In this document: positions 11,101 through 22,843 of the stretch, piece by piece
How positions within the stretch are numbered: the first letter of the stretch is position 1
Layout of the letters: each line of letters begins with the position of its first letter
From: Raja brachyura
Taxonomy: Eukaryota
Assembly (NCBI GenBank): GCA_963514005.1
Contig: OY740801.1
Span: 23,560,001-23,624,000 of the forward strand
Direction: 5' to 3'
DNA: 64,000 nucleotides
The notes under the pieces: model-generated
Told to the model about the DNA's origin: nothing
Seen by the model: only the letters and a program-made list of their open reading frames with translations
Databases searched by the model: none
Translations under genes and position numbers: made by a program

Positions 11101-11566
11101 AGACCTGGCTTGGCTGGCGGTGAGGGGAGCCCTCCCAGTCAGATCCTTCCTGCACCATCGGAACCTCACTACCAGCGCACGCTGCCCTCGGGACGGCTGC
11201 TATGGAGTGGAGACGGTTGCCCACCTCTTTGCAGAGTGTGGATTTGCCCAAAGAGTCTGGAGAAAAATGCAAGGGTCCCTGGTACGCTTTATTCCAAACA
11301 GCTCTGTCACAGAGGACTCTGTGATTTACGGACTGTTCCCAGGGACACATTCAGAGACTGACATCAAGTGCTGCTGGAAGGTTATCAACTCGGTGAAAGA
11401 CGCTCTCTGGTCTGCCCGAGCTTTGTTCACCACCCAGCAGAGCGAGATGTCCGTCGGGGAATGTTGCCGACTGGCCCACTGCAGACTGCAGGAGTACGTA
11501 CTAAGGGACGCACTGAAGCTCGGTGCAGCCAACGCCAAGGCTCGGTGGGGGAGGGCCACAGTCTAA
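8153..11566 (+). CDS. Tx1 ORF2: apurinic-type endonuclease, reverse transcriptase and C-terminal zinc finger (1137 aa)
   Basis: SLNVR, FLQE, GDFN, RIDF, SDH (APE); PGSDG, WRPITLLN, QGCPLSP, YMDD (RT); CPRDGC..ETVAHLFAEC; uninterrupted frame, ATG at 8153. Confidence 0.95.
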   Translation: MELKLASLNVRSIKSTARCVNALQYLAKVKADVTFLQECGLPHLRCYRRWLRWWPHGLSVWSGGNDCRASGLGILLRGGNFAINEVRAVVGGRLLVVDVMYRGSPLRLINVYASPMQSERLAVLQQLPVLLATSRQLVLAGDFNCIIDAAGRSGSADSRLDSTSKFLRDMVKDAKLRDAFSDPAGGSQPRFTWSRSDGLARSRIDFVFTTKAVTVRHTDLTPVFFSDHCLLQASCHLQEDRKAGRGTWKLNMKLLTPENIEELKRDYACWRTVKPLFDSPTLWWEATKENIKRFFISKGVQRARQSQRELCQLQTDLQQSSAILLQSRGVDVKEELRDVKDRQARLFTSESSKIIFRSRVRHVEQDETCSRFFFHKVHRGSSVMNSLREEDGSVASSHTDMLRICKSFYTDLYDQKAIDSTSSQNFLSSITEVLEDSKRESLDQPLTLEELTGSIRSFDSGKTPGSDGLPAELYSALWDWMGPDLLEVYNDMLLAGSMSDSMRKGNITLIYKQKGEMKDIKNWRPITLLNVDYKILSKAIANRVKSALGQVIHPDQTCAVPGKKISDSLALLRDTIAYVQDRRVDACLVSLDQEKAFDRISHTYMRDVLSKMGFGEGIRNWINLLYTDIRSAVHINGWESDSFPVRSGVRQGCPLSPVLFVCCIEPFAESIRKDASIRGVTLPGSGGIQVKTSLYMDDVAVFCSDPGSVRRLISICDQFESATGARVNRRKSEAMLFGNWPDRSSVPFTIKPDFLKVLGIWFGGAEACNKNWLERIARVGKKLELWRQRSLSITGKNLVIRCEVLSGLLYLAQVWPVPPSYATGITRAVFQFIWGSRMDRVRRATMYKSADNGGKSVPNVALILMATFVCGCIRRSVEPRHVGTKCHYLLRFYLSPVLRRMGLAQMPRNVPVSWSLPPHLSSVERFFRTNTFDHMSIGQWSAQNVLQALQGKDSMDPVAWFPEQTAQLVWQNASSPELTNKHQDLAWLAVRGALPVRSFLHHRNLTTSARCPRDGCYGVETVAHLFAECGFAQRVWRKMQGSLVRFIPNSSVTEDSVIYGLFPGTHSETDIKCCWKVINSVKDALWSARALFTTQQSEMSVGECCRLAHCRLQEYVLRDALKLGAANAKARWGRATV

Positions 11567-12939
11567 GGTCCTTCCGCTGCTGGACATGGGGGGTACTGTA
11601 TGGTGGAGACGCCCCTCAAAATAAGGGAAGGTATCCCATGCCGGGGGGCCACATGAGTGGCACGGGTGGGGGATTAATTAGTAAAATTTGAAAAATGTAT
11701 ATAGACTGCATGGAAGAATTTGTATAGCCTCCGAAAATGTCGGATGGATTTTTCGCACGGTTGATGTATTGTAAATATTTATTACTTGAATAAAGTCTAT
11801 TTTGAAATATTAAAAAAAAATGTGAATTTCACTCAGACAGTGCTCCCCCTGCTTGCCCTGTCCCCCGCCTACATAACGGGCTGGTGAAGGAAGCGATGTA
11901 TGAGGAAGAGGAAAATGTAGGGGGTGTATCTTATAAATCTATAGAGTTTGGAATGAGGTCAAGAAATAAGATTGAAGTCTCCTAGCTTGAGGAGGAACTA
12001 GGGCCAGGTCCTGAGTTCTGGCTGCATGTACACCTCCAAATCATATCACAATGATCTGGGAATGAAGCGCCTTAATAGTTGTCTGATGTAATTTCCACAA
12101 ATAATCACTAGAAGCCAGAGACACTGATTAGCATGTTATTGTAGTGTAATGGAATCTGTAACCCAATTGTTTGCTTGCTCCATTCCTGTTCCACAAATCC
12201 AATGTGATTAAAGAATCTAAAAGGTTTCTAATTAATCTACTGAGAGTCATTTTCAATGTAAGTCCCATGGGAAGATTGTAAACACATTTAGAGTTATTGA
12301 TTTAACCTGAAGCACAAGTAGTATTGTGGAAGTGTAAAGGAGACAAAGGAAAGCAGGCAGCCAATAGAACATCATCTAAATGCCAGTGCAAATTGTCTTT
12401 GATGGAAGGAAATGTACTGAGGAATGGCAACCAACAAGCAAACAGATATTGTGACTACAGGTGACGCTGGGTTGACAATGACTATGGTGGCGGTGGCGGC
12501 TGTTTCAGGTATGACCCAGTGTCTCAGTCTTTCTCCAGCCCTGCAAGATGAGGATACAGCTAACAGTTTGCCTGCCCCTTCTGGCTTGACGAGTTTCAGG
12601 TTGGCCAATCCAATATCAGCTAATTGGACACAGCTGTTTCTTATTTGGCAGTGGTCTCAGCTCCATGGTGCTGAGGTTTGGTTTCTCCTTGCCTGTCTGC
12701 CAGTGATGGGGGTCAGAGCAACATCCAAGGGAATGAGCACTGTCACAAAGTGCATCATTCAGAGTTACAAACACACTGAATGGAGGAACAGTGCTCTAAG
12801 TAAGAGGTTTAAATTGAAGGTAGACACAAAATACTGGAGTAGCTCCGTGGGACAGGAAGTATCCCTGGAGAGAAGGAATGGGTGATGCTTCAATTACAAA
12901 TATTCCAAAAAATAAACCCTGAATGATACATATCCTAAT

Positions 12940-13282
12940 GGGCCTGCCCCACTTATGCGGCTTTTTCGGAGACTGCCGGCACTCGTCATAGGTCGTTGCA
13001 GGTCGCCGAAAATGTTCAACATATTGTCTTATATGCGACCAGAACACGGGATGACTCTTTGGGCGACTACTCACGACCATACAGGCTACAACCCATGACA
13101 TGACGCCAGGTTGTCGCTTGTATGGTCGTGAGTCGTCTCCTCAGTTGCCCAAAGAGTCGTAGTGTGTTTCTGGTCGCCGCTGAATTTTCAACATGTTGAA
13201 AAATTTTGCCGACCTATGTTGGGTGCCCGACCTATGTTGGGTGCCGGAAGTCGCCGCAAAAGTCGCGTAAGTGGGACAGATC
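12940..13282. mobile_element. MITE with imperfect terminal inverted repeats (PIF/Harbinger-like)
   Basis: GGGCCTGCCCCACTTATGCGGCTTTT ... AAAAGTCGCGTAAGTGGGACAGA; TA-rich flanks; no coding capacity. Confidence 0.75.
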
Positions 13283-13354
13283 TATAAATAAAGCACTTAT
13301 TAGTAAAATTTATGAGCTACAAAATGACAGGTAACAGATTCTCAGGGAAAGAAA

Positions 13355-14260
13355 AGGACTTGCATTTCTATACACCTTTCATGTCATTTTCGGAACATAG
13401 AAACATAGAAAACAGGTGCAGGAGGAGGCCATTCGGTCCTTCGAGCAAGCACCGCCATTCATTGTGATCATGACTGATCGTCTTCAATCAATAACCCGTG
13501 CTTGCCTTCTCCCCATGTACAATACAATACCGTTTATTGTCATGTTGAAAATCCCTTGATTCCACTAGCCCCTAGAGCTCTAACTCTCTCTTATATCCAT
13601 CCAGTGATTTGGCCTCCACTGCCCTCTGTGGCAGGGAATTCCACAACTTCACAACTCTCTGGGTGAAAACGTTTTTTCTCACGTCAGTCTTAAATGGCCT
13701 CCCCTTTATTCTAAGACTGTGGCCTCTGGTTCTGGACTCGCCCAACATAGGGAAACATTTTCCTGCATCTAGCTTGTCCAGTTCTTTTATAATTTTATAT
13801 GTTTCTATAAGATAACCCCTCATCCTTCTAAAGATAATCCCTCATCCTTCTAAACTCCAGTGAATACAAGCCTAGTCTTTTAAAATCTTTCCTTATATGA
13901 CAGTTCCGCCATCCCAGGGATCAATCTCGTGAACCTATGCTGCACTGCCTCAATCCCAAGGACGTCCTTCCTCAAATTAGGATGTCCGTCCTCAAATTAG
14001 GATGTCCTTCCTCAAATTCATCACAAAGCCGTTTGCATCTGAAGTACTTTGGAAATGTAGTCATTGCTGAAATGTAGAGAAAAGAGCAGCTAATTCGGCA
14101 TAGCATGCTCTCACAAACACCAATGTGAAAAGACCTTTAGGACAATCGATTGAGGGATAAATATTGGACAGGACACTTGGAGAAACCCCCTGCTTTTCTT
14201 TGAAATTGTGGTGTGGAATCTTTTACATCCACCTGAGAACGTAGACATACACAGAGGTTC
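13355..14260 (-). mobile_element. Deu-domain (SacSINE/AmnSINE-like) SINE remnant interrupted by a CR1
   Basis: TTGAGGGATAAATATTGGACAGGACAC...TCTTTTACATCCACCTGAGA at ~14170-14240 resembles DeuSINE sequence as recalled; its tail-like part lies at ~13355-13395. Confidence 0.55.
13395..14018 (-). mobile_element. 5'-truncated CR1 LINE
   Basis: LIETYKIIK..SRTRGHSL..FTQRVVKLWNSLP; (TTTCTATG)n tail at 13395-13411. Confidence 0.9.
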
Positions 14261-15264
14261 TCAACCCGTAGCCCAATCAGAATTATTTTAACAATTAACA
14301 TGCTGGGTATAGATCTAACAATGCAACAACAGGAGGGATTAAAGAATAAGACAATAAGAGCTGGAATAACTTGGCGGTCAGGGAGCCTTTAGCAAACTGT
14401 AATCACCTCAGATTATAGTCCAAATGTACTCCACGGGATTACAGAATAATTTGTTTGTATTGTATTACAGTCAAATAACAGGTACTATTTTTTTAAATGG
14501 ATGAATGCGAAACAGGTTGTGTAGGTTCATCCCACAAAATACATTGTAACAGCTGTCACACTGTGCAAAAATATAATGTGGAAAATTAGTGCAGCTCGCT
14601 TAGTATATCCATTGTGTTGTCAGACAGGAATTTGCTGTTCAAGTGACTGGAGTGAGACCATTGAGATGGCTTAATCATTCATGCAAAACACCACAGCCTT
14701 GTATTGTGAAGATGGCACCCAACATTAATTTGCTCTCATTCCAGGTAGGTGCAGTGGGGTACTGAATAGCAAATAGGAACCTTGGCTAATTGAACACAGC
14801 CCAATTAAATTCCAGCTGAGGACCAAAAGTTCACTGGCAGGAACCTACAGCAAACTTCCACTGCTTTGAGTGTCTTAGTTCCCGCTGGGTGCATTACAAT
14901 AATTATAAGCAATTCTGGGAACAATGATAAATTATTACTGAACTAACTGCACCAAACACAACTTAATGGTCATGATAATGAACTGAAGGGGCTGACCCAA
15001 ATGGCTTGGAAAGTATTGATCAGCTGACATTTTCGATCAATCTTAGTCTTAGATATTTTGTGATGTCTGATAACTCCTTGAAAAACAACTAGAGTCCAGT
15101 AACTGTTTATTGCGATTATGGAACTCAAACCGTATCCTTTGTAGAACAGCAGGGGAAAGGAAACAGCATGACACCTCTGAGTGTGACACCAGATCAAATC
15201 AAGAGCAAGCACAACTGTAATATGACAGCAGAATGTGAGCCAGCCTAATGAGCTGAACAATCTC

Positions 15265-15720
15265 AGAGTCAAGTGTGTTTATTTGTCATATGCACCAGAT
15301 GTGAACCAGAACAATGGAATTCTTACTTGCTGCAACTTCACAGGCACATCAGATGCAACAACAATAATAAATGTACAATAAATTATCAGTCTAAGTATAC
15401 TAGACCATGAGAGTGCTAAAGCTATAGTACATAAAGCAACCATAGTAGTGGAAATGCCCTTGCAGCTCAGTGTTGAGGTAGAATTATGCAGGATGGTTCA
15501 AGAACCTCGTGGTTGCCGGGAAGAGGCAGTTCCTTGAAACTGGAAGTAATGGTACCCAGGTCTGATTATCTTCTTCCCAATGGTAGTAGTGAGAAGCGAG
15601 CATGTCCCAGGTGGTGTGGTTGTTGATGAAATTAGCTGCCTTCTTGAGACAGTGCTTCCTGTATATCCTTTCGATGGTGGGGTGGTCAAAACCTGTAGCC
15701 CCTGGATTACAACACAAAAA
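15265..15720 (-). mobile_element. Rex1/L2-type LINE 3' remnant
   Basis: 'IYRKHCLKKAANFI..NCLFPATTRFLN' and GACAAATAAA tail. Confidence 0.6.
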
Positions 15721-16189
15721 TGCTCATCGAGGTAGTTTTTCTGGTTTCCTTTCAAAACCCATCTTACAAGCACTGTAACATTTTCAAAGATCTGTTCCGT
15801 CTTATTTTATCATTCTTATTAAAGTCCCAAGTGTAACCTATCCTTTCAGTATTTAGTCTAACATGCACACTTGTATTTTTCCTGATCTTTAGTTCAATTG
15901 TCCTAAAAGCTCCCAAGTGCTCAGCATATTTTACTTTGACAGAACCCTGATGTTTTGCAGTGATTTTACTTTGGCTTTAGTGCTGAAGTTTAGGGTGATG
16001 TCCATAGGGAGATGGATATTCTCAGCACTACACTCTGTGTATCAATAAAAAAAATGAGTTACATGAATATTTAATGTGCTTTGGCCGACAGAATCCTTTA
16101 TGTGTAATTTGAATTGCATTGGCTCAAATATTCAGGTGTATTTGTGTATTTATATTCATTTTCATTAATCTTCTTGAAATGAAGCTGAA

Positions 16190-18110
16190 CAGTTCTTGGT
16201 TCTTGGTTACTTGGTCCTCCAAAATATTCCAACTGGAATTTAAACTGGAGGTGGTGAAGGGAGGGGTTTAGCCAGAGAGGGTTATTGGGAAGAAAGTGCC
16301 ACTTTAAATTTAGTTGCATCTGGCTGGGCAACCGTGGCTTGGTGGAGATTATTCCATGCTTTAATAGTGTGTGGAAAGGACGAATTGCTGTACACATCTG
16401 TCTTTGAGGCTGGGACCACAAATTGGATCGAATGCCCTCGTCTGCTCCTAATTGGTTTGGGGTTGGTGTAGGTCTTGTGATCTATGTCTAGCTGACCATT
16501 TAACATTTTGTAAAAACAGGTCAAACAGTGAGCTTCACGTCTGTCTTGGAGAGGGTTCTACCCCAGAGAATTCAGAAGTTTGGTGACACTCGCTTCTCTC
16601 TCGTAGGTGTTAGTAACAAATCAAGCGGCCTGTCTTTGGACACGTTTGATGGATGAAATGTTTTTATCTGTGTATGGGTCCCAAGCTGCAACTGCGTAGT
16701 CCAGATGAGGTCTTATGTGGGTGAACTCCAGCTTCTCCTTGACAGAAGCTGAACAATGATGGAAGTTGCGCCTCAGGAAGTTTAGGACACCTGTTGCTTT
16801 CACTGTTACATGATGAGTCTGACCATTCCAACGTAGATCATTCTGCAATTTGATGCCAAGATACTTGGTTTTGTTTGGATTCTTCAAGGGTGACACCAAG
16901 TATGTTGTAAGATGTGACGCCTGGATTCCTCTTTCTGGTGACACGCATGGTTTCACATTTGGAAGGGTTGAACTGCATGCCCCATTGTTGTGACTGCTCG
17001 ACCATAGTATCGAGATCCTTTTGGAGAGCATCTTCATCATCAGCTGACTTAATTGGACCGTACAGCAAACAATCATCAGCGAATAGTCTGGTTGTACTTG
17101 TGACTTTTTCATGGATGTCATTGATGTAAAGCAAAAATAGGTGTAGGCCAAGTACTGTGCCCTGTGGTGTAATACTCAACACTGGGTGCCAATTGGAGCT
17201 CTTTCCGTTCACACACACGCGCTGAAGATGTTTTGTCAGGAAACTGGAAATCCATCGTTTCGTGTTGGAACGAATACTGTAGAAGTCAAGCTTCCGAAGC
17301 AGTCTCTGGTGTGGGATGACATCAAATGCTTTAGAAAAGTCCAGTACAACTAAATCCATGATGACGTTACTGTCAAGGTGCTTGGCCAGGTCATTTGTTG
17401 TCAGGATAAGCTGAGACTTGCATGATCTATGCCTCCTAAATGCATGTTGGTTGTCAGCAAGAATATTATGTTTGCTCACGTGACGCATCAGATTACTATC
17501 AATGATATGCTCCAGCAATTTACAGCAAGTACTTGTTAGTGAAACAGGACGATAATTCGCTGGGTTGCTGGTGAACCTTTCTTAAAGAGAGGAGTGATGT
17601 TGGCCTTCCTCCAATCCAGCGGTACATCGCCCGAGTCAAGCGATTGTTGAAAAATGAACTGTAAAACTGGAGCCAGTTCTTCAGCTGCGATCTTGAGGGC
17701 TTGATTTTGTATCTGATCTGGTCCAATTGCTTTTGTGGTATTAATGTTGAGCAATAACTTCTTGACACCTTCAACCTCAATTTTAATAGCAGGCATATCA
17801 GTATATGGGCTGGGCTGAAGGACTGCAAATGATGAAGGCTCCACATCTTCCCGGGTGAAAACATGTTGGAATTGGTTCGCAAGAGCTTCTGCTTTCGCCT
17901 GGTCCTCAGTGATCAGGCAGTTGTTCACTTTTAGCATCTGGACACCAGTGTTGTCTGTCCGTCTGGATTTCACATATCTCCAAAAAGCCTTGGGTTGTTC
18001 TCCCCCAAGAATAGAGGAAACAAGTTGTCTATGAGCACTCCTAATTGCATGATCGACTTGCTTTCGCACACTAGTAAAATTGTCTCAGTCCAATTTTGTA
18101 CCCCCTTTTT
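16190..18110 (-). mobile_element. CR1-group (non-canonical, Daphne/Crack-like) LINE remnant, RT pseudogene
   Basis: KAIGPDQI, LDFSKAFD, PQGTVLG, LFADD, YAVAAWDPY, FPHTIKAWNNL over frameshifted ORFs; (ACCAAGA)n tail near 16190-16215. Confidence 0.8.
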
Positions 18111-18734
18111 TGGCACAGATATAAAACTTCTCTTTCTTTCAGAGTTACCTGAACTAATTAAACATTTGTTACAAAAATCGTGAATGGCTAATTACTAACC
18201 ATAGAAGGAATGCAAAATTACTCCAAAGATAAAGAATGTGGCTGATTGATAAAAAATAAATTGCACAAGAAATATTTCAAATCAAATCTCCTGAGAAGCT
18301 AAATAATTTGGCCATCATTTACTTTAGATTTATGAAACAGTAAATAAGTTGAAAGTCAAAAGAAATCGGCAAATCATGGAAATAGGAAATGAAAACAGAA
18401 AATGATGGAAACAGAATTAATGTTTCATGTTGAAGAAATTGACTCTGTTTCTCTTTCCACAGAAGCTGCCTGTATTCCAGCACTTTGTGTCTATCATAAG
18501 TGATAAGCTGTTTTGCTTAAGATAAATACAAAATGCTGGAGTTACTCAACAGGTCATAGAGACATAGAAATATAGAAAATAGTTGGACTAAGGAATGGTT
18601 AATTGAGAAACAAGGATCTGCAGATGCTAGTTTACCAAGGAAAGACACAAAACGATGGAGTAACTCAGTGGTCAGGCAGTATCCCTGGAGAACATGGCTA
18701 GGTGATGTTTTGAGATGGGTCTGAATGGAGCTTA

Positions 18735-19697
18735 CAGAATTTAATAGAAAATAGGTGCAGTTGTAGGCCATTCAGCCCTTCGAGCCAGCACCGCTATTCA
18801 ATATCATCATGGCTGATCATCCAAAATCAGCACCCCGTTCCGTCTTTTTCCCCATGTCCCTTGATTCCTTTACCCCTAAGAGCAAAATCTCTCATGAAAA
18901 CATCCAGTGAATTGGCCTCCACTGCCTTCTGTGGCAGCGAATTCCACAGATTCACAACTCTCTGGGTGAAAATGTTTTTCCTCATCTCAGTCCTAATTGG
19001 TCTACCCCTTATTCTTAAACTGTGACCCCTGGTTCAGGACTCCCCCAATATCAGGAACATGTTTCCAGCCTCTAGCGTGTCCAATCCCTTAATAATCTTA
19101 TATGTTACTATAAGATTCCCCCTCATCCTTCTAAATTCCAGTGTTTGCAAGCCCAGTCGCTCCATCCTCTCAACATATGACAGTCCCGCCATCCTGGGAA
19201 TTAGCCTCGTGTACCTATGCTGCACTCCCTCAATAGCAAGAATGTCCTCAAATTTGGAGACCAAAACTGCACACAATACTCCAGGTGTGGTCTCACCAGG
19301 GCCCCGTACAACTGCAGAAGGACTTCTTTGCTCCTATACTCAACCCCTCGTGTTATGAGGGCCAACATCCCATTAGCTTTCTTCACTGCCTGCTGTACCT
19401 GCATGCTTACTTTCAGTGACTGATGAACTAGGACCCCCAGATCTCATTGTTCTTCCCCTTTTCCAAAGGATACCATTCAGATAATAATCTGCCTTCCTAT
19501 TCTTGCCACCAAAGTGGATAACCTGACATTTATCCACATTAAACTGTGGGCCATGCATCACCCAACCCGTCCAAGTCACCCTGCATCCTCATAGCATCCT
19601 CCGCACAGTTCACACTGCCACCCCGCTTTGTGTCATTTGCAAATTTCCTAATGTTGCTTTTAATCCCTTCATCTAAATCATTAATGTATATTGTAAA
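18735..19697 (-). mobile_element. 5'-truncated CR1 LINE
   Basis: KKANGMLA..LVRPHLEYCVQFWSP; CR1 3' UTR. Confidence 0.9.
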
Positions 19698-20569
19698 ACA
19701 TCCTTAAGATGAATATTAAGAGCACTAGCTATTGGTTGAATGACCAATCAGTTGTGGTAATTAGATAAGAGAGGATGTCCTTTGCATCAAGAGGTCCATT
19801 GGGTTGAAAATATATTGGACTTCAGAGAACGGAAAATACAATTAGTGATGTATTTGTATCCATTATTTATATGGAGAGCTCTCTGCATGCTATTACTTTC
19901 ATGATGTCATCAATACTTGGCCAGAATTATTGTCTTCAGTGTCCAACACAACCAATCCAGGATGCAAACTGAAGCTGAAGTTGTCGATATTAACTGGACA
20001 TTTTGTTGCAATAATAATTGACTTCCCATTAATTTTAAATAGCTTCAATTTACTGTAAACCTTGTTTGGTAAACTGATAAAGATGGCATAGACCAACGTG
20101 CCTCTTTAGATGTTGGATGTGTAAAATAGGTTGATAGAAATCTGTTAAATAGAGACTCTCACTGAGGGAAGGGTTGAGTTGCAACGTGAAATTGAGCTAT
20201 GCAGCGACATCGTTCTGCAAGTACAGAGAGATTTACGATTTTTATGCAGAAATAGAGGTTTGTGCCCCCACTCAAACCCCCACTCAACTATGGCCAATCT
20301 GAACCCAACTGGACCCACGTGCTCCTATTTCTTTCCATGTCCAACTCAATCTGACCCTTATCGGACATATAACAGTTTTAAATGTCCTATTGATTTGCTT
20401 GAGGTCAAATCAACAATTATTGATCAAACACAGAGGGACACTGGCAGTAAAACCAAACAAATCTTCCAGACGAGGATAAAGTATGGCCTGACTCATTCTG
20501 GATCCAAATGTTTTGTCAGAAAATCCATTCACCCTAATATGAACCTCATGTAGCAAGGTCATGTTGGAC

Positions 20570-20877
20570 TCGGTATAATATAAAATGATTATAATGTAAA
20601 ATGATTAAAATGTAAAATAAGTAAGGATTACAATTTGAAGTACATTTTATTTTTTTCTTTCCTTTGTAATGCTGATATTCTGGGTTATTTTATGGATTGC
20701 ATAGGATAGGCTAAAATAAGCTTTGTGGCTTCAGCCTAATCCTTTCTCAGTCATTGATTATGTGAATGTTATGTAAAATGGATACAGTGTTGGTTCATAT
20801 TCACACAGATTGTAAAGTGTTGTTCTATTTAATGTATGACCGAAATAAACTATTCTTATTCATATTCATATTCATAA
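20570..20877 (+). mobile_element. LINE 3'-UTR remnant with (TATTCA)n tail
   Basis: GAAATAAAC followed by TATTCTTATTCATATTCATATTCATA; hairpin GGATAGGCT..AGCCTAATCC. Confidence 0.45.
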
Positions 20878-21457
20878 TGAACTCAAAATTGTGCTTAACA
20901 GGGAAAGATATGAAACAGCTGCTACGATTCTAGATCTGGTACGGCTGATTGCAGCACAGTCAGGCAGAGATAGCTCACAACAAACGGGGAAATCTGATAA
21001 TAAGCAAAATGACACCAATGAGAGGAAAAGCTCCAAAAAAAGGATATATCTAATGTGGAACTAATTAGCACAATAAAGAAGAGAGTTCTGGCTGCCAAAA
21101 ATAATTCAACTATGGACGACTGACGAAGTAAGAGATCACACTACCCTTTTATATTTAAATGCTGATAGACCCAGTGTGTACAGTCAGACTTTCCAGCTTG
21201 ATTTCAGATTTTCAGGGATTATGTTCTTTTTTAAAATCTAGCTCACAGATACAGATAGCTCTTGTATCTTGTCGGGCTTTGTTGCCTCTATTGGAGCTTA
21301 TCATGAACAGGAGGTTGTTATGATTTGACAGTCGGGCCGATAGGTAAGTGTTTTTACCGTGGCCGTGAGTATTTTCTCTGTGGTCGGCTTTGTGTTCCAG
21401 GAAGAATGAGCAAGACCAGAGGAAATAAATGTGTAGCTCGCCCCCGTTTGTCTCCCG

Positions 21458-22719
21458 TTGAGGAGCATTCTTTGGAGGGGGGACAAGGGGCAGCAGGTGA
21501 CTAACGAGCCGAGCCCAGCACCGCTAGTGCAGCCTGAGCAGCGGGCTGGAGGTACCTGCAGCCAGAACCAGGCGGTAGTATCCGACGATTCGGATGAAGA
21601 TGCCTCACTGCTCGAGAGCGGCAAAGGCAGCCGCCTAAGCCAAATGGAATGGCTTATGGAGCAATTGCTCCAGCGAGATATGCTGAGAGAACAGCAGCAG
21701 ACTCGCCAAGGGAGCTCAGGCACTCCCGCAGTGCCCTTTACGGCACTGACCATTGCTCACCTTCTATTGAAGGCAGCATTGGCGAGAGGTCTGGGCTGGT
21801 TAAGAAGAGGGGTCGTTGGCTGAAGATGTCTGGAGTACACAGGGTGTACAGGATCAGGAAGAGCTGCTGGGTGTGGTCAACCGCTACGTGGCCATTCCAC
21901 GAGCGGGTCGGCCTTTAGAGCCGAAACTTGCTGCCAGCATTGACCACCTGTCCTCAAAACCCCTACAAGAACGGGTGGTCAATGAGGTTCTTGAATTATA
22001 TACAGCCCCAGAAAATAGTACATCATTGAATGTACCAGCTGTAAACAGCCACATTTGGGGACATTTGGGGCAGAACATCAGGAACCTGAAGTTGAAGCTC
22101 CAGAAAATCCTAAAACTCCTGACAGCAGGAACCTGGAGTTGAAGCTCCAGAAAACCCTAAAACTCCTGATAGCAGGAATAACATCATATGCTCGGTCCAT
22201 AGGTGGTGTGGACATCACCACAAATCAGCAAGATACATTAGCTCTGCTGTGCACCACTCAATATGAGATTAACAATTTACGGAAGAAAATCATCAAGCCT
22301 GCCCTCAACCCTAAGTTTGCAGGACTTTGCAAAACACCAGGTTCAGAACCTCCAATTCTGCTCTTTGGAAGGACCTTCCAAAAAAGGTGAAAGACGTGGA
22401 GGAAGAGTCCAAGACCTTTGGTCTCGTGAGGGCAGGTTTGGGACTGAGCAGACCTAACAAACCCAGGCAGCAGTACCCCACGGCGTCCACCAGTCGTCGA
22501 CTACCATATGGGACTGGTGAAAGCTCGGGGTCCGCAACCATTCCCCGTAAGCCTTTTTTAGGCCAGGGCCCAGAGCGGACCCCATGGAAAATGCGCCACC
22601 CCCAACATCAACATCAACAGCAACATCAACAGCAGCCCTCTACAGTCCAGCGAAGAGGCAGAAGAAGCACCAGTAACCATGGAGGTAGGTGGGTCTGGTT
22701 CCTCTCAGCGTATGAGTAG
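21458..22719 (+). pseudogene. DIRS gag-like ORF, frameshifted
   Basis: Fragments 21458-21823, 21816-22142, 22055-22390 and 22327-22719 (PENSTSLNVPAVNSHIW; IKPALNPKFAGLC), positioned upstream of RT. Confidence 0.6.
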
Positions 22720-22843
22720 TTGGGGCTCTATACTAACATGGGGGAGATTGCACTTGTTTATGGATACATAAGAGTCTATCACTAATGACAAATATATACT
22801 CAGCAGCATTTATGGCTATAAAATTGACTTTGTTCATGAAAAC

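Larger units (their letters stand above)
6267..11820 (+). mobile_element. Full-length Tx1-clade (Keno-like) non-LTR retrotransposon
   Basis: U2 head, 5' UTR, ORF1, ORF2, 3' UTR, AATAAA at 11789-11794 and poly(A) at 11812-11820. Confidence 0.92.

Noticed and set aside
6588-11559. Long antisense and alternate-frame ORFs over the Tx1 (also over the Gypsy and Rex1)
   Set aside because: Shadow ORFs of GC-rich coding sequence with no domain motifs.
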